NCBI GenBank assembly: GCA_032718475.1
Contig: JAUCBJ010002549.1
Span: 1 to 52,530, forward strand
Direction: 5' to 3'
Source of the DNA: Nemertoderma westbladi
Lineage: Eukaryota > Animalia > Xenacoelomorpha
Length of the DNA stretch: 52,530 nucleotides
In this document: piece after piece, positions 36,796 to 49,159 of the stretch
Position numbering within the stretch: the stretch's first letter is position 1
Layout: the number at the start of each line of letters is the position of its first letter
Made by a program: the position numbers and the translations under genes
The notes under the pieces: generated by a model
The model's input: the letters and a program-made list of their open reading frames with translations, nothing else
Database searches by the model: none
What the model was told of the DNA's origin: nothing

Positions 36796-37830
36796 GAGTG
36801 ATATACGCGTAGCGTGTATTCGACTTATCTGAATATATAGGCTGGCTACCAGTTTGACGGCAGTCTGGTTAGATTGGACTGGCTGAACCGTTCCATCATT
36901 ACATATGGCGCAATTTCAGTACTTACCTACTTGCCCATGTAGTACTGCACTTTGTACTCGGCCTAACTCACAACTCTGCAATTGCTACCGCACTTTATTA
37001 CCTTAATAAATAATATCGGCAATTAATATCGTAATAAACTATTTCTGTATTAGCTGATATACTGTGATACGGATATTTGATATTGGATATGGCAAGAGTA
37101 AATGACAACTGCGACCCATTCTCATTCATTCTATGAAACTCGCCACCCCCATTCGACCTGGAATTGGAACGCTCCACCTGGGAGCTATGGCGAGACGAGT
37201 GGGATGCTTTCCTCGTCACCTCTGGACTTGGAAACTTGTGCGTCACTGACTCAGCCGATCCACCTGACCCAACCGTATCAGCAGCTCTTCTAGCGGCAAC
37301 AAACCGCATACCGCCGTATGCGGTTTGTTGCCGCTAGAAGAGAAGAGGCAACTCTGACCACCACCTTCTCCCACGCAACGAACGCAGTCGTCAAGGGTTT
37401 GGGCCTGTCCGCCATCGACAACGCAGACACCGATGTTATCATCCAACATCTCGGCATCCATATCAACAGCGGGACCAATAAACGAGTCCACCGGTAGGAA
37501 CTGGCGCGCCAATCCCGCCTACTTGAGGAAACTCCAGAGACATTTCTGGTTAACCTCCGGGATATCGCTTCGAAATGCGGATTTGAGGCACTCCCGACTC
37601 TGTATGCCCATCGCAACGACAGACTGCTCGATCAATTTATTGCTGGCTTTGGCGATAAAGAGGTTACTGAGCACCTACTCCGGCTCCCCGCAGGAAGTTC
37701 GATCACCGATGCCCTCAACCTCGCCCAAACTGTGTGGACCGCGCGGAAGGATGCAGCCTCACTCTCCTTCTCCTCCACACCGGCACCTACGGCAGCTAAG
37801 GCAGAGACAAGGTCGGATAAAGGTAGGGCA
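36796..37830 (+). mobile_element. Gypsy LTR retrotransposon 5' fragment (putative LTR/PBS and gag pseudogene)
   Basis: ...TTACA TA TGGCGCA PBS-like junction near 36903; gag-like PPPFDLELERSTWELWRDEWDAFLVTSGL..LRDIASKCGF..LLDQFIAG. Confidence 0.6.
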
Positions 37831-37834
37831 AGGT

Positions 37835-38378
37835 CGGGCGTTCGGATGGACAGTCTCCCCCCGCGAACTTCTCCATTTCTTTGGCAAGGAGCTCAATGAC
37901 CTTGTGGCCCACATTGCCCCCGGGAACCAGGTACTGGCGGCTGGGTAGTTGAGCTAGTTGGCTATGGCATCTCTCCCAGGTTGGTTAAGTGGACGAGCCT
38001 GGGGAGTTAAGCCAAACACCCCCAAAAGCTTCTTCTAGAACCTAGGAAACTGGTAGGGGGGCCGTAGCTGCTGTCAACACAGAAACGGGTGAGTTGGTGG
38101 GACTACTGCTAGAGTGTACTGCCTGCGAACTAGCGGGACGCAGTGTCTGTGTCAGGTCAGAGGAACTCTCATCCCCTATGCTCTGGGAAAGCTGATCACA
38201 TCCGGGTCGACTAACGCGTTGTTGTAGTACCAGTAGCTGATTCTGGGTTCCTGCAGCCACTGGTTGACATGGTCCGGCAGTTATTGCACGGCCGTGACGC
38301 ACGAATGCACCCACAGCGGCTGGTAGGGCCACAAGCGGAGACATCGCATTTGTAGCAACGATGTGAGCTCTGCGACAT
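37835..38378 (-). pseudogene. 5' fragment of a CRE-like element with a Cys-rich N-terminus
   Basis: MSQSSHRCYKCDVSACGPTSRCGCIRASRPCNNCRTMSTSGCRN, later W..LAQLPSRQYLVP.GNVG..LLAKEM..SER. Confidence 0.5.
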
Positions 38379-40638
38379 CACAAACTAATATCGCAAAATA
38401 ACCAATACAGCAATCAATTATTATTAGGTTAACAATATTTAATTAAACATTAACATAAAAAAAAAGATCATCAGTCTTAGGCTTAGCAGTTTAGTATATA
38501 TATACTATATACTATATACTATATATATATATATATATATATGGAATAGTTATAGTTATAGTCAATAATGCTTGGAAAATTATGAAATATATAGAAAGTA
38601 TAAGTTTATTTACCTTGCTTCCAGTGTGCTGGTCATTACTGGTGTATTCAGGTATATTCCAGTATTGTAGAATTTAGGCCTATGGCTGTATGGTACCTAA
38701 TGCTGTAATGCAAATTGCTGCATTGGCAACTGCTCCAAATATTAGGTCTACAGCTGACAGCCTTACCACCACTACTAGGATCGGCATGCTGCATTGCAGC
38801 TGCATTTTTAAGAATGCTGTGCCGGCTTGTCAACAAAATTGCACCGCCACAACTCCCTATCACCCATGACATTTGCTAGATCATCCGCATCTTTAAGGCC
38901 AGTGTCCTTTAAGATGCGTCTCAAGAAAGTCATGGGCTGTCCACCATACGTATTCACTCCATGAGGCTGCCAAAGTACATGATTATGCACTGGCTGGTCC
39001 TCACGGCGAAAGCAATGTCCTGCAAAGCGGAGGTGTCAAGCTAGTGTCTAGCTGTCAGCCTAGTGTCAAGCTTGGGGGAACCAATGAGACACCTCCAATG
39101 TTATATAGTGTCTGGTTGGAGATGTGTGCATTGTACTTGACACAATGAACCCGGCGTAGCATTCTTGTGAATGTGCCATCCAGAGATTTGGTGTCCTCAG
39201 CAGTTAGAGCCCAGCATGGACTCCCGTAGAGGAGTACTGGAACTACTGCTGCTCTAAATAATCGGACCTTAAGTTTCCGATTTATTCTCGGTGACTTCCA
39301 AATCCTGGAAAGCCTATTCAAGGCTGCCCATGCCTTTCCCTTACGTATTTGAAGGTCCTCGCCTGACTTCCGGATCCATGATCCCAGGTAACAGAAGTCG
39401 TCCACATGCTCAAGCATACCATCCTTTGAGCTTATGCTCATCCGATCAGAGACTTGCTGAGGACTTTCAAAGTTAACTGTCAGAATTTTGGTCTTTCTGG
39501 AGTTAATAAAAAGACCAACACTAGAAGCAGCATGTTCTAATGAGCTGAGGAGCCGTTGGGCTCCCTCTAATGATTCTGAGAGTACTCCTAAGTCATCAGC
39601 AAAGTCTAGATCAGTTAGGTACTTGGCAGGATTTCCTCGACTTCTGGAGCCAGTAGGTGGAGTTATCATCACCCCATCATCATTATAATGATCTAAGGAC
39701 ATGCATAGAACATAGTCAACCACAATAATGAACAAGAATGGTGCAAGTGTGTCTCCTTGGAGGACGCCCCATAACACTTCAAATGGTTCTGTGTCACCGT
39801 CAACAGTAGACACAAATGTTGTCGAACCATCGTATACTGATCTGATTGCTGCAATAATTTCATCAGGAATCCCATATAATGAAAGTATGCTGAACATACG
39901 TGAGCGAGAGACTGAATCAAAGGCCTTGAAGAAGTCAACAAAGATAACAGCCAGATGCCTGTCTTTCTTTTTTGATAACTCTTCAATTATCCTTCTAAGT
40001 GCCAAAATGGGCTCCATGGTCCCACGACCTTTACGGAACCCAGTCTGATTTCCACGGAGCAGTCTCTCAATGGGATCCCTGATGCGATTTAATAGAATCC
40101 TATTGTATAGCTTTGCAGCAATCGAGATCAATGAGATTCTCCGAAAAGAACCATAGAGTGTTAGGTTGCCCTTCTTGGGAACTGGCACCAACTTATTTGT
40201 TTTCATTTCTTGTGGGACTCTTGTTGTTCGGTACATGTCTACTATGATGGGATAGATGAGCTTTAAACACTCAGGTATTTTAAAGACCTCAGGGGGAACA
40301 CCATCTACTCCACTGGCACGATTGGTCTTAATGCTCTTTGCAGCAGCCTTCACTTCTGCAAAGGAGATATCGCCAATGGGAATATCTGGGAGTACAGACT
40401 CAGACACTTTTACTTCTATAAAGTTATCAGGCAATACCCTGTCATTATTGAGGAGCTTTTCAAAGTGGGCTTTCCAACCATTGAGGCGATCGGCTGGTGA
40501 TTCAGCCTTAACCTTGGTGGTTGGTTGGCTTTTCCGCCCAGTAAGCAGATTGATCGATTTCCATGCCTGGGATGATTGCCTGCTGTCGTCAGCATCATTG
40601 ATGGCATCAACCTGTTGGTTTATTAGCTCCTGTAGATT

Positions 40639-41857
40639 AAACGAACGGATGAAGTGGTAGGCATTCACCAGCGGCAGCATAGTGTAAAGATGATAGAAAA
40701 AATAATAAAGTATGTAATGTAATGTAGTCACGAAGAACCCCACATCACTAGGACAAATACTAACCAAAAATAAAACTCAAACGCAAACACACACAAATAA
40801 CACCACTAATGAGCCATGTAACTCTAGCCGCTGCCTTACATGCAAAACTATCACTAACATACAACAGACACCATGGGGTGAAAAGATAAAAGGACACTAT
40901 ACATGTAAGTCTCACACTGTATGTTACTTGGCCTGGTGCCACTGCCACCCTACTCTATACTACATAGGCCAAACGAGACAGAAACTTCACGAACGCTTTA
41001 ATGGACACCACAACAACATACGACACTACCCCTCACGAGCCAATGACGGAAAAACACACGAAGACATACTCCTAGCAAGGCACATATACGGTTGTGGTTT
41101 AGAAAATCTACGCACCGCAACCATAAAACAATTCACAAACATACCCGAACTACTAGCGACGGAAGCTAACCTAATCTATACATACAACCCCCCACTTAAC
41201 GTAGCTAGACCAGCAATCTAAACCCAAGGTTTTATATAATACACCCTATATTCTATATCTTACACAACTACGGTGCCCTTATAGCGAATTTCCGGTCTCT
41301 ATGTGTTTTTCCCCTACCTTCCTTTTTGTTTTTGTCTTGGTCTTTTCCTGTTTCTTGTGTTTTCTTACTCTGTAAAAATTACAGCTATCATTATGATGCG
41401 CTTTAAGTAGATACCTCATAATCCTATGTAACATACCTAATCCAATTATATAATCCTATGTAACCTACCTAATCCAATTATACCATTCAGTATGTAGACA
41501 CATGACCACTCCTGGGATTTCCCTATCAACTTCTCCCAACCTTATAACCCAACCTGCAACCCTATATTTGTACTTTAGATTGACAGCTTATAACTAACTC
41601 GGTGTATTTTCCCTATCACAATTACCTTACGTTATACAGTACATACATACACGTCAACCTTTCTGGGATTCACCTATCAGGTATTCCCCTTTAAAACTTA
41701 TATATATATATATAGACCCCCACCTTTTCCTGTTAGTTGCCAGTACATAGTCTGCTGCAGACCGGTAGGTCGAAAACGTTTACTATTGTATCTTTATCTA
41801 ATATAATATAACCAGCTAAAGACCCTCAATACTTTATTATTTTTTCTATCATCTTTA
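40639..41857 (+). mobile_element. 5'-truncated Penelope-like element (GIY-YIG, pLTR, inverted 5' pLTR piece)
   Basis: 12-bp TSD CTCCTGTAGATT at 40627-40638 and 41858-41869; CKSHTVCYLAWC..YYIGQTRQKLHERF..H..E..I..PPLN; 30-bp inverted match between 40684-40713 and 41829-41858. Confidence 0.9.
41747..41786 (+). ncRNA. Minimal type I hammerhead ribozyme, variant core
   Basis: ATAGT-CTGCTGCA-GACC ggta GGTC-GAA-AACGTT-T-ACTAT, located in a Penelope pLTR. Confidence 0.65.
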
Positions 41858-42687
41858 CTCCTGTAGATTGGCAGAGTACTGCCTGTTCAGGGACCTAGAT
41901 GCAGCCTTAACTGCATTCTTGGCCGCTGTAGTCTGTTTGACTCGGGACTCTTTCTGCGCCTTATGAAGGTCATTTTGGCACTTCTGAATTTTGTTGTCAG
42001 TCCAGGGGGCCCTTTTCCTGTTTCGAGGGTATACAGGAACTGTTTCTGCAGCTGCTAACTTAACTGCTTCTGTAAAGGCAGTATAGCCCTCACAGTGATC
42101 TGCCGCCTCAGAGGCAAGAGCCTCATACCTGTTGCTCAGCTGTAGTGTGAAGCTGGATCTCACACTTGGCTGTTGCAACAGAGAGGACCAGTCATGCCAC
42201 GGCAAGGCAGATTTCGTTGTTCTGCTAGCACGCAGACTAAGTCTTACCTTGGCCACAATAAGGCGGTGATCATGGGAGAAGGGTCGAAGTGTAAATGCAT
42301 TACAGTCTTTTATAGAGCTCCTGTATTTCCTACGAAACAGAATATGGTCTATCTGCGACTTGTGACCACTGGGTCCACTATGAGTCCATAGCTTTCCAGT
42401 TCGCTTCTTGAACTGGGTTCCAGCCGAAAACAATCCATTTCCAGAGATAAAATCCTGAAGATGGACAGCATTTCGCTTAACACTATTGCTATAGACCCAT
42501 GGCGATGTAGGTGATTGATGCAGACTTGCATTAAAGTCTCCCAGGAATGTTAAGAATGCATGCTGATCCACTCCATCAGTAGCTGCTTGTAGATTGTGGT
42601 AGAAATTTTCCACCTCCTCTACAGGGGCAACACTAGTTGGAGAGTAGCACACAATCAGAACCACCTTAGGAAACTTCTTAGCCAGTC

Positions 42688-45420
42688 ATTAGCTTATATG
42701 GATGACCACGCGTCGCCCGCACAGGCGGAACTGTTTGAAAAATATTGGTAGCATGAATGTTGACCAAACCATTAAATATTTTATACACTAAAATTATATC
42801 TATATGTATATGGCGCAGTTCAAATGGTTCTAGCTTCAAATATTGTAGCCAACCGGGGTATGGTGTATTTTTATAAAGATAGCACCGCATAAATAGCCAT
42901 CCTGAAAATAGCGCTGTACCGATTCTAGCTTATCACATAGCCCAATGAACGGCCTACTTTTAATAAACGGATTCCATACTGAACTAGCATATTCTACAAT
43001 AGGTCTGGCAGATACTTTGTAAGCAAATAAAATAGCGTTCATATCTTTAGTTGTAAAGCACCGGAATAATAAATTTATTGTTTTATAGCACTTAGAGACT
43101 ATATTATCTATATGTATTTGAAAATATAGTTTATTATCCATTTCGACACCCAAATCGCGGTGGTAATGGACATCTGCTAAGAGATCTTGATTTATGTAAT
43201 AATTGGATTTATTTGTACAGTTTCCTATCGATAATACTTTGCACTTCTCTTCTGCAATATTCAACTGCCATTTCTTTGACCAATTTGCAAATAAATCAAG
43301 ATCTGACTACAAAACGCTACGATCATCACTACAATTAAATGAAGAAAATAGTTTAGTATCATCTGCAAATAATCGCGCACTTGTAGGATTACTAAAAATA
43401 TGTGGTAATTCATTTACAAAAATGAGGAATAACAATGGCCCACTACATGAACCTTGAGGGACGCCTGACTTAACGCGTTGATATTGTGAAAAACGATTGC
43501 GAATTTTTACTTGTTGAATGCGATCAAATAAAAAGCACTTGAACCTATAAATGCAACCAAATCTAAATTTGTTTCCCACATTGCTATCCAGTGCGATGCA
43601 CTCAACCTCCTCAAACTCGGAAGGAATAGGAATCCGGAGGAGATGTAGAGACCATTTACAATCAACGCAACTCCACCCATTGAACGGCTGGAACGATCAT
43701 CTCATACCCCTCCTGGTACTCCCGTAATACAGCAGAATCGGGTGTGGGTGGGTGTAAGTTCGTTTCGCATAATCCAATAATAGAAAATTCTCCAGAGGAG
43801 AGCATTGTTTCTAATTCAGTTAGTTTGGTGACACTTGCCATGGATTGAACATTAGCATAGTACCCACATAAATTTCCCACAGAGTTTGTGTTACTGTTTT
43901 TCTTTGTATCTAGGTAGATGACTCCGCGTCGCTGTTTCCCAAATGCCATGTTTCCACTGATGGCAATGATGCCATCGAACTCGTCGGTGTTACTGACGGA
44001 CTTCCCGGCATTAACGGAGTCATTTCACCTGATGTCGGCGCCGGTGCACCCACGATCAATTCGGATACTGCGGATGCCGATCTCGATAACCGAGGAGGAA
44101 TGTTTCTACCTTCTATGCTTGGTGGCGCTCAGCGACGCAGTATTCCGATTCGGTCAACATAATTTCTGATTTCCAATCGACTCTCCCTTTAGAGGATCTC
44201 GTTCGCAATGAGTAGGATGCTTTCCTGGCGTCGAAAACAACGGATAGGTTGCAGAGTTCACCCACTGCTTTTGCAGCAGTACGGGCTAGGTAGCAGTGGG
44301 CGCACAACACATCCCGATGGTCTCGCACTTCTGTTGAGATATTTGGGCGAAGAAAAATATTTTTATATTCTTCAATCTTAGCGAGTTTACGGCAGTTTGC
44401 TAGTGATGCATCCCGATCCAAGGCAGATATAAATTTGATTTCAATCAATCCCAGGCGAATTGAGTTTGGTGATTTTCTGTGATGGACAACAGAGCAAGGT
44501 TCCCATGGTTTACACCAAATAGATTTGAGCAATGAAGCTACAAACTGGGTGTTGTTATCGTTATTCATTTGCTCGGGTACATTTTCCACGAAAATGGATT
44601 TCTCCATCTCGTAATCATGGGCGTTTGAGCGAAGTGCATTGGTAACACAGTTTTGTATCTTCTCTTCGAGATTTCCTGCCACCGTAGCCGAACAAACATT
44701 CGATTTACTGTTGTCGATGGATGCAGTGTTCCGTCCCAGCTTCCTTTTGCCTTTTTGCTTAGACCACTCCCCGCAAACATCAGCAGTATCGTTGTTAACT
44801 GATGTATTGCTGGCTGCGTCACCAACAATAAACCAATGAAGGTCGTTTAGTTGTGAGCATATAGTGTCGATTCTCTGATCGCCAGGGTTGCTGTTGCTAC
44901 CTCCGTTTGTTTCCACAATTAGAGGCGAGTCACAACAGTTGACACACAAGAAAACCAAGGAGTCCAATGAACCGAGAGCATTATAGACCATTGAGGATAT
45001 CTTTGAATGATTCGAGTGCTCCCATTTGGAGCACCTGTAGCATTGTAGACTGTTGTGAGAAGCCTTCTTGCAATCAAATTGCACAACAATCCTCATCTGC
45101 GGAAGAGTTTGTACTTATAGGGCTGAAGGAGTTGCTGGTACGGATAGGGATAGACTGACGGTTAACAGCCTTCTTGGCCTTCGCAGTCCCCGTTGCCGTC
45201 CCACTAGTTTTGACAGGCTGACGCGGACATGGAGATGATATTCGCGAGTCCCGGCATATCATGCAGAGACCAGCAGCAGTGAGTTTGGCTTTCGCTTGAA
45301 TAGTACCACAATCAACGCAATCAGGCATGTTGAATACAGCAATTAGTTTAGTATGTAGTTAGTATGTAAGGTCAGGCAGTCAGCCAGTACTGCTGTAATG
45401 CAGTTTCAGATAACTTCACT
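42688..45420 (-). mobile_element. CR1-like LINE with PHD-finger ORF1 and an internally deleted ORF2
   Basis: ORF1 C..LQCYRCSKWEH..FLCVNC; EN start YANVQS..IIGLCET; RT end SGVPQGSCSGP, LFADDTK, EYASSVWNP, TRGHPYKL. Confidence 0.85.
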
Positions 45421-45689
45421 GCTACAACAATCTAGTCTAGTACAGTACTGTATCAATGTAAATTCAATTAGACTTAATTAAGCAACATAAAAAGGTAATT
45501 TTTCCTAAATTTATGTTCAAATGATGTAACTGAGCGAGATAATTAATTTCGCGACTGTGTTGAGGCTTAAATAAATCTTTAATAATAAATGAATTGTTGT
45601 GGGGTGAGTGACGGTGAATTAAATATATAATGTAAATAGGACAATATGATAATGCTCTCCATAGCGAAAAATATCAACCGGCCCTATTG

Positions 45690-45756
45690 GGGCTCGAACC
45701 CGGTACCTAGGTTTCAAACTTCTGGTTATCATCAGCCGGGTGACTGTACTGAGCTA
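45690..45756 (-). promoter_or_regulatory. Pol III type-2 internal promoter (A and B boxes)
   Basis: A box TAGCTCAGTAC (45746-45756), B box GGTTCGAGCCC (45690-45700), TTTTT at 45667-45671. Confidence 0.65.
45698..45741 (-). ncRNA. Minimal type I hammerhead ribozyme, copy 1
   Basis: ACCCGG-CTGATGA-TAACCAGAAGTTT-GAA-ACCTAGGT-A-CCGGGT: full core, 6-bp stem I, palindromic stem III, GUA cleavage triplet. Confidence 0.8.
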
Positions 45757-46065
45757 CCAGACCGGATGAATATTTCGCTGTGGAGTGGGAGATCATATTT
45801 TAGGCCAACTAATCACTCAAAGGAAAGTACAAGTTCGTTATTCCCGTGCTCTGCCAGAAATGGCAACCATGCCTCAAAGAATAACTATTATACAGTGTTG
45901 TAGAAACCACTGTAACCCCGTAATGCCTGGCCCAGGCTGTTAATTAATAATAATAAATGAATTGTTGTGGGGTGAGTGACGGTGAATTAAATATATAATG
46001 TAGATAGGACAATATGATAATGCTCTCCATAACGAAAAATATCAACCGGCCCTATTGGGGCTCGA

Positions 46066-46109
46066 ACCCGGTACCTAGGTTTCAAACTTCTGGTTATCAT
46101 CAGCCGGGT
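46066..46109 (-). ncRNA. Minimal type I hammerhead ribozyme, copy 2
   Basis: Identical to copy 1, 368 bp away. Confidence 0.8.
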
Positions 46110-46379
46110 GACTGTACTGAGCTACCTGTAAAAGCCTTTGCTGAATTGCCCCGTTATTTTTATTATCTTTTACATTAAAATACTCTGTAGTTGATTTAAT
46201 AAGTGTAAGAGACCGTATTATTGCTGTATCGGTGTTTTTAGAGGATCTAAGACCTATTTCCTCCGTATGTGTACTGTGAAAGGCATATTTTTATGATTCT
46301 ATGGCAATTCGTGACGCAAAAGGGTGATAGCTACTCTTGAACAGTAGTTACTATGACTACGGTTAACAGCTGACATTCA

Positions 46380-47932
46380 CCCAGGTAGCACAAATACGTA
46401 AATTTACGGTAAATTTACGTTCATTATTCGTCCAGACGTTCTGGATTTATGTTCATATAACGTTGTATTTCTCCCATAAGATGCTATTGATGCTAAACGT
46501 TCAATAGTTCAAAGTTGGCCGTCAGAAGTACCGTAATATGAACGGGCAATTGAACGTAAAAGAGACCACAGGCAATCTATGATCAAATGACGTGTTCACT
46601 AGACGTTCATTTCTGGTGTGTTATAGGTCCATATTAGGTTGAATAAACGTAAAAATTTAACGTGAGACCAACCAATCACTGCTTGTTGGTGCATGTTCTG
46701 TGTAGAGAGGGGAGGGGGGGGGGGGGGGGTTAGCCTACCTTATCCAATCCCTACACCCTATCCTACGGCCCTACACCTACAATACCCTATACATTTAGAG
46801 AAGGAAGCATCAGAGTATATATGAAATTATTTAATCGATAGTGATATAAGAGTATCCATGATATATTATGGTGATGATCCACAAATTCGCATTGGATTAG
46901 TTAGATTTCTGTATTTTATCTTATTTCCAGCCAAAATAGATTTTTCATATTGATGAATCTTAAAAAAATTCATTAATTTTATGACCTTATAATTTATATT
47001 TGAAATTTTTTATCTATGCAATAAGGCAATAATACATACAAAAAGCAATTGAAACGTAAGAAAGGTTTATATAATATGATAAATTTGTAAAATAAAAAAT
47101 AATGTTTTGCGATTAAAAAAATTACCCTACGCATGATAGAAGTTTGAACATTCCAACGCCCATATATCCGATTTATCTCAACAAAATGTAATGGTATTTG
47201 GTCAGTTGGTATCAAAATAGACAAACTTTTGCGGTTTTCTTTGTTTGTTATTTTCTTGGTTCAATAGGCCTAATATATTCTAATAATTTTATTACAATTT
47301 TTTGTGACATAGTACTAGTGTATTAGCCTTAGTAATCAGTAGAATCACCTTTGTCTAATTTTGATGTTATTTGTTGTTTAAAATGTTTAAAAATGCGTCA
47401 GCATTGTATTGGTTATCAATGTTTTGTTGTGTGAATAATTTTTCGATTACTTAAAGTAATTGTTTTGTATTGAGAATGAACCATTAGTCCAGATATAACT
47501 AAGCGGAACCACACCAACCATACAAGGAATAGGCTAACCAACATAAAAAATAATTGCACAATAATAAATAGTCAGATAATTGTATCACGAACAAGTTTGA
47601 ACATGCCATTGACATAACAAGTTAAAGTAAATTATGTTTGAACGTTCATAAACGTTCAAACAACGTACATATTTAGGTACAAAGAAATGAACGCATACAG
47701 TAACTGGACGCAATTTGAACGTTCAATATTCGTTTGTTTTGGTACATATTCAATTTCTTTAAAGTTAGGACGTTAAATTACCTAATGTGAACGTCACAAT
47801 TTGGTAAATTACTCACAACGTCAGCAATTGTTACCTATTTTGAACAATATTTCATTGATGTTCAGATTCGCATAAAAAAAGTACCAAATATGAACGTTCA
47901 ATTTCTTTCGTGGACGTCCTGTGCTACCTGGG
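46380..47932. mobile_element. Non-autonomous CMC/EnSpm-like DNA transposon
   Basis: 13-bp TIR CCCAGGTAGCACA / TGTGCTACCTGGG; 2-bp TSD CA; many subterminal AACGT/GACGT motifs at both ends. Confidence 0.8.
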
Positions 47933-49159
47933 CATACGTGTTGATTTCCTTTGTTCTACGGCGTCTCTCAGTTCAGTCAGCCAATGAGAGCTTTTTTGTG
48001 GCTCCTTGTACAGAGAATTTCCGAGAAATGACGCAATGCCTATGTGCAGTGTTTACATTCAGTCTTGAGCCAAAGAAAGAACGGCTTGGAAGTTTTTTGT
48101 GCTGTACTGCTTTTTAGTCGTACACTAGTAGGTTTAATTATAAAGGGCATATATCCTTTAACGGACCTGCATGCCTATATCTCATTGCTGACATACCGGT
48201 ACTGACTTGTTGTTTTATACTGCTATTTGCTGTCAGTTCTTCATAATATAGTTGATGAATAATTATATTTGGAATAACGATAAATAACCCCGCAACCCAA
48301 TATTCTTGATATACCGAAGGTAAGAGAGAAAGGTTACCAATAACGATTGTGACTTATGTTAAAGTGGTTTGAAGTGAATCTAATGTTATTTGATAGACCC
48401 TACATGAGTCAGCCTGTGTTCCTTTTATATGTGACTAAAATCAGTGAAGATTGGCAGATTAGTGTGCAGTATTGTGCAGCATTGTGTATGAGTGAGTCTG
48501 TTAAAGAAGCAATTCCTAAAGAATGCGTCATATATGTGGATTATAATTAAGCCATATCGTTGTGAGTAGTTTAAGTCATAACTCTGTTTATGTAGATAAA
48601 GCGCCACGTCCTAAAGGAACTGTTAATATTACCGAAGGTGAATAATATTGTCAGAGATTATATAATACTGTCAGTCGAATAATACATTAGGCTTACATAG
48701 CAATAAAAATTAAACCGTCGAACCCAATCTCCCGGGAATATCCAGCGGGTGAATGGTCGCGCACGGATTGGTTTCGACTAGTGTAGTGAATCAAATACTT
48801 GTCATAGACTAAAAGCAGATTTAATATCTAGAAGACATCTTAATTTGGTGGGTTAAACTGCCAAAGGTCTGAAAGCGCGAACATTAAAGGATATAGCTTC
48901 TTTATTGCAGTAAGCAATAAAGTCGAAAGTACCGGTCGACCGGTAACCAGTAGGCCTGACTGCCTGATCATCCGGACCGGTACCTACTTCCGTATAAGTA
49001 CACTAGTATTATTCGATTTGATTGTTGTATACCGGTAGGCTGTTTAAGAGATTAGGGACTGTACACCCCTTGTTTCTTTTGGAGCTTACTTATTTCTGTC
49101 AGTTTTATTTGTTTGTAGGCCAGTATTGAACAGAAGGCGTGTAAACCTGATCAGATTGT

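Larger units (their letters stand above)
38770..42687 (-). mobile_element. RTE LINE, 5'-truncated within EN, interrupted by a Penelope-like element
   Basis: Near-identical to 21660-24345; ORFs 41855-42664 (EN) and 39055-40638 (RT). Confidence 0.93.
45580..46126 (-). mobile_element. Retrozyme/SINE-like element: 179-bp direct repeats at a 368-bp period
   Basis: 45580-45758 repeats at 45948-46126; each copy carries A box, hammerhead, B box and a T5 run. Confidence 0.8.

Noticed and set aside
45678-45765. Functional tRNA gene
   Set aside because: No canonical anticodon arm and only a 3-bp T stem; the middle is a hammerhead.
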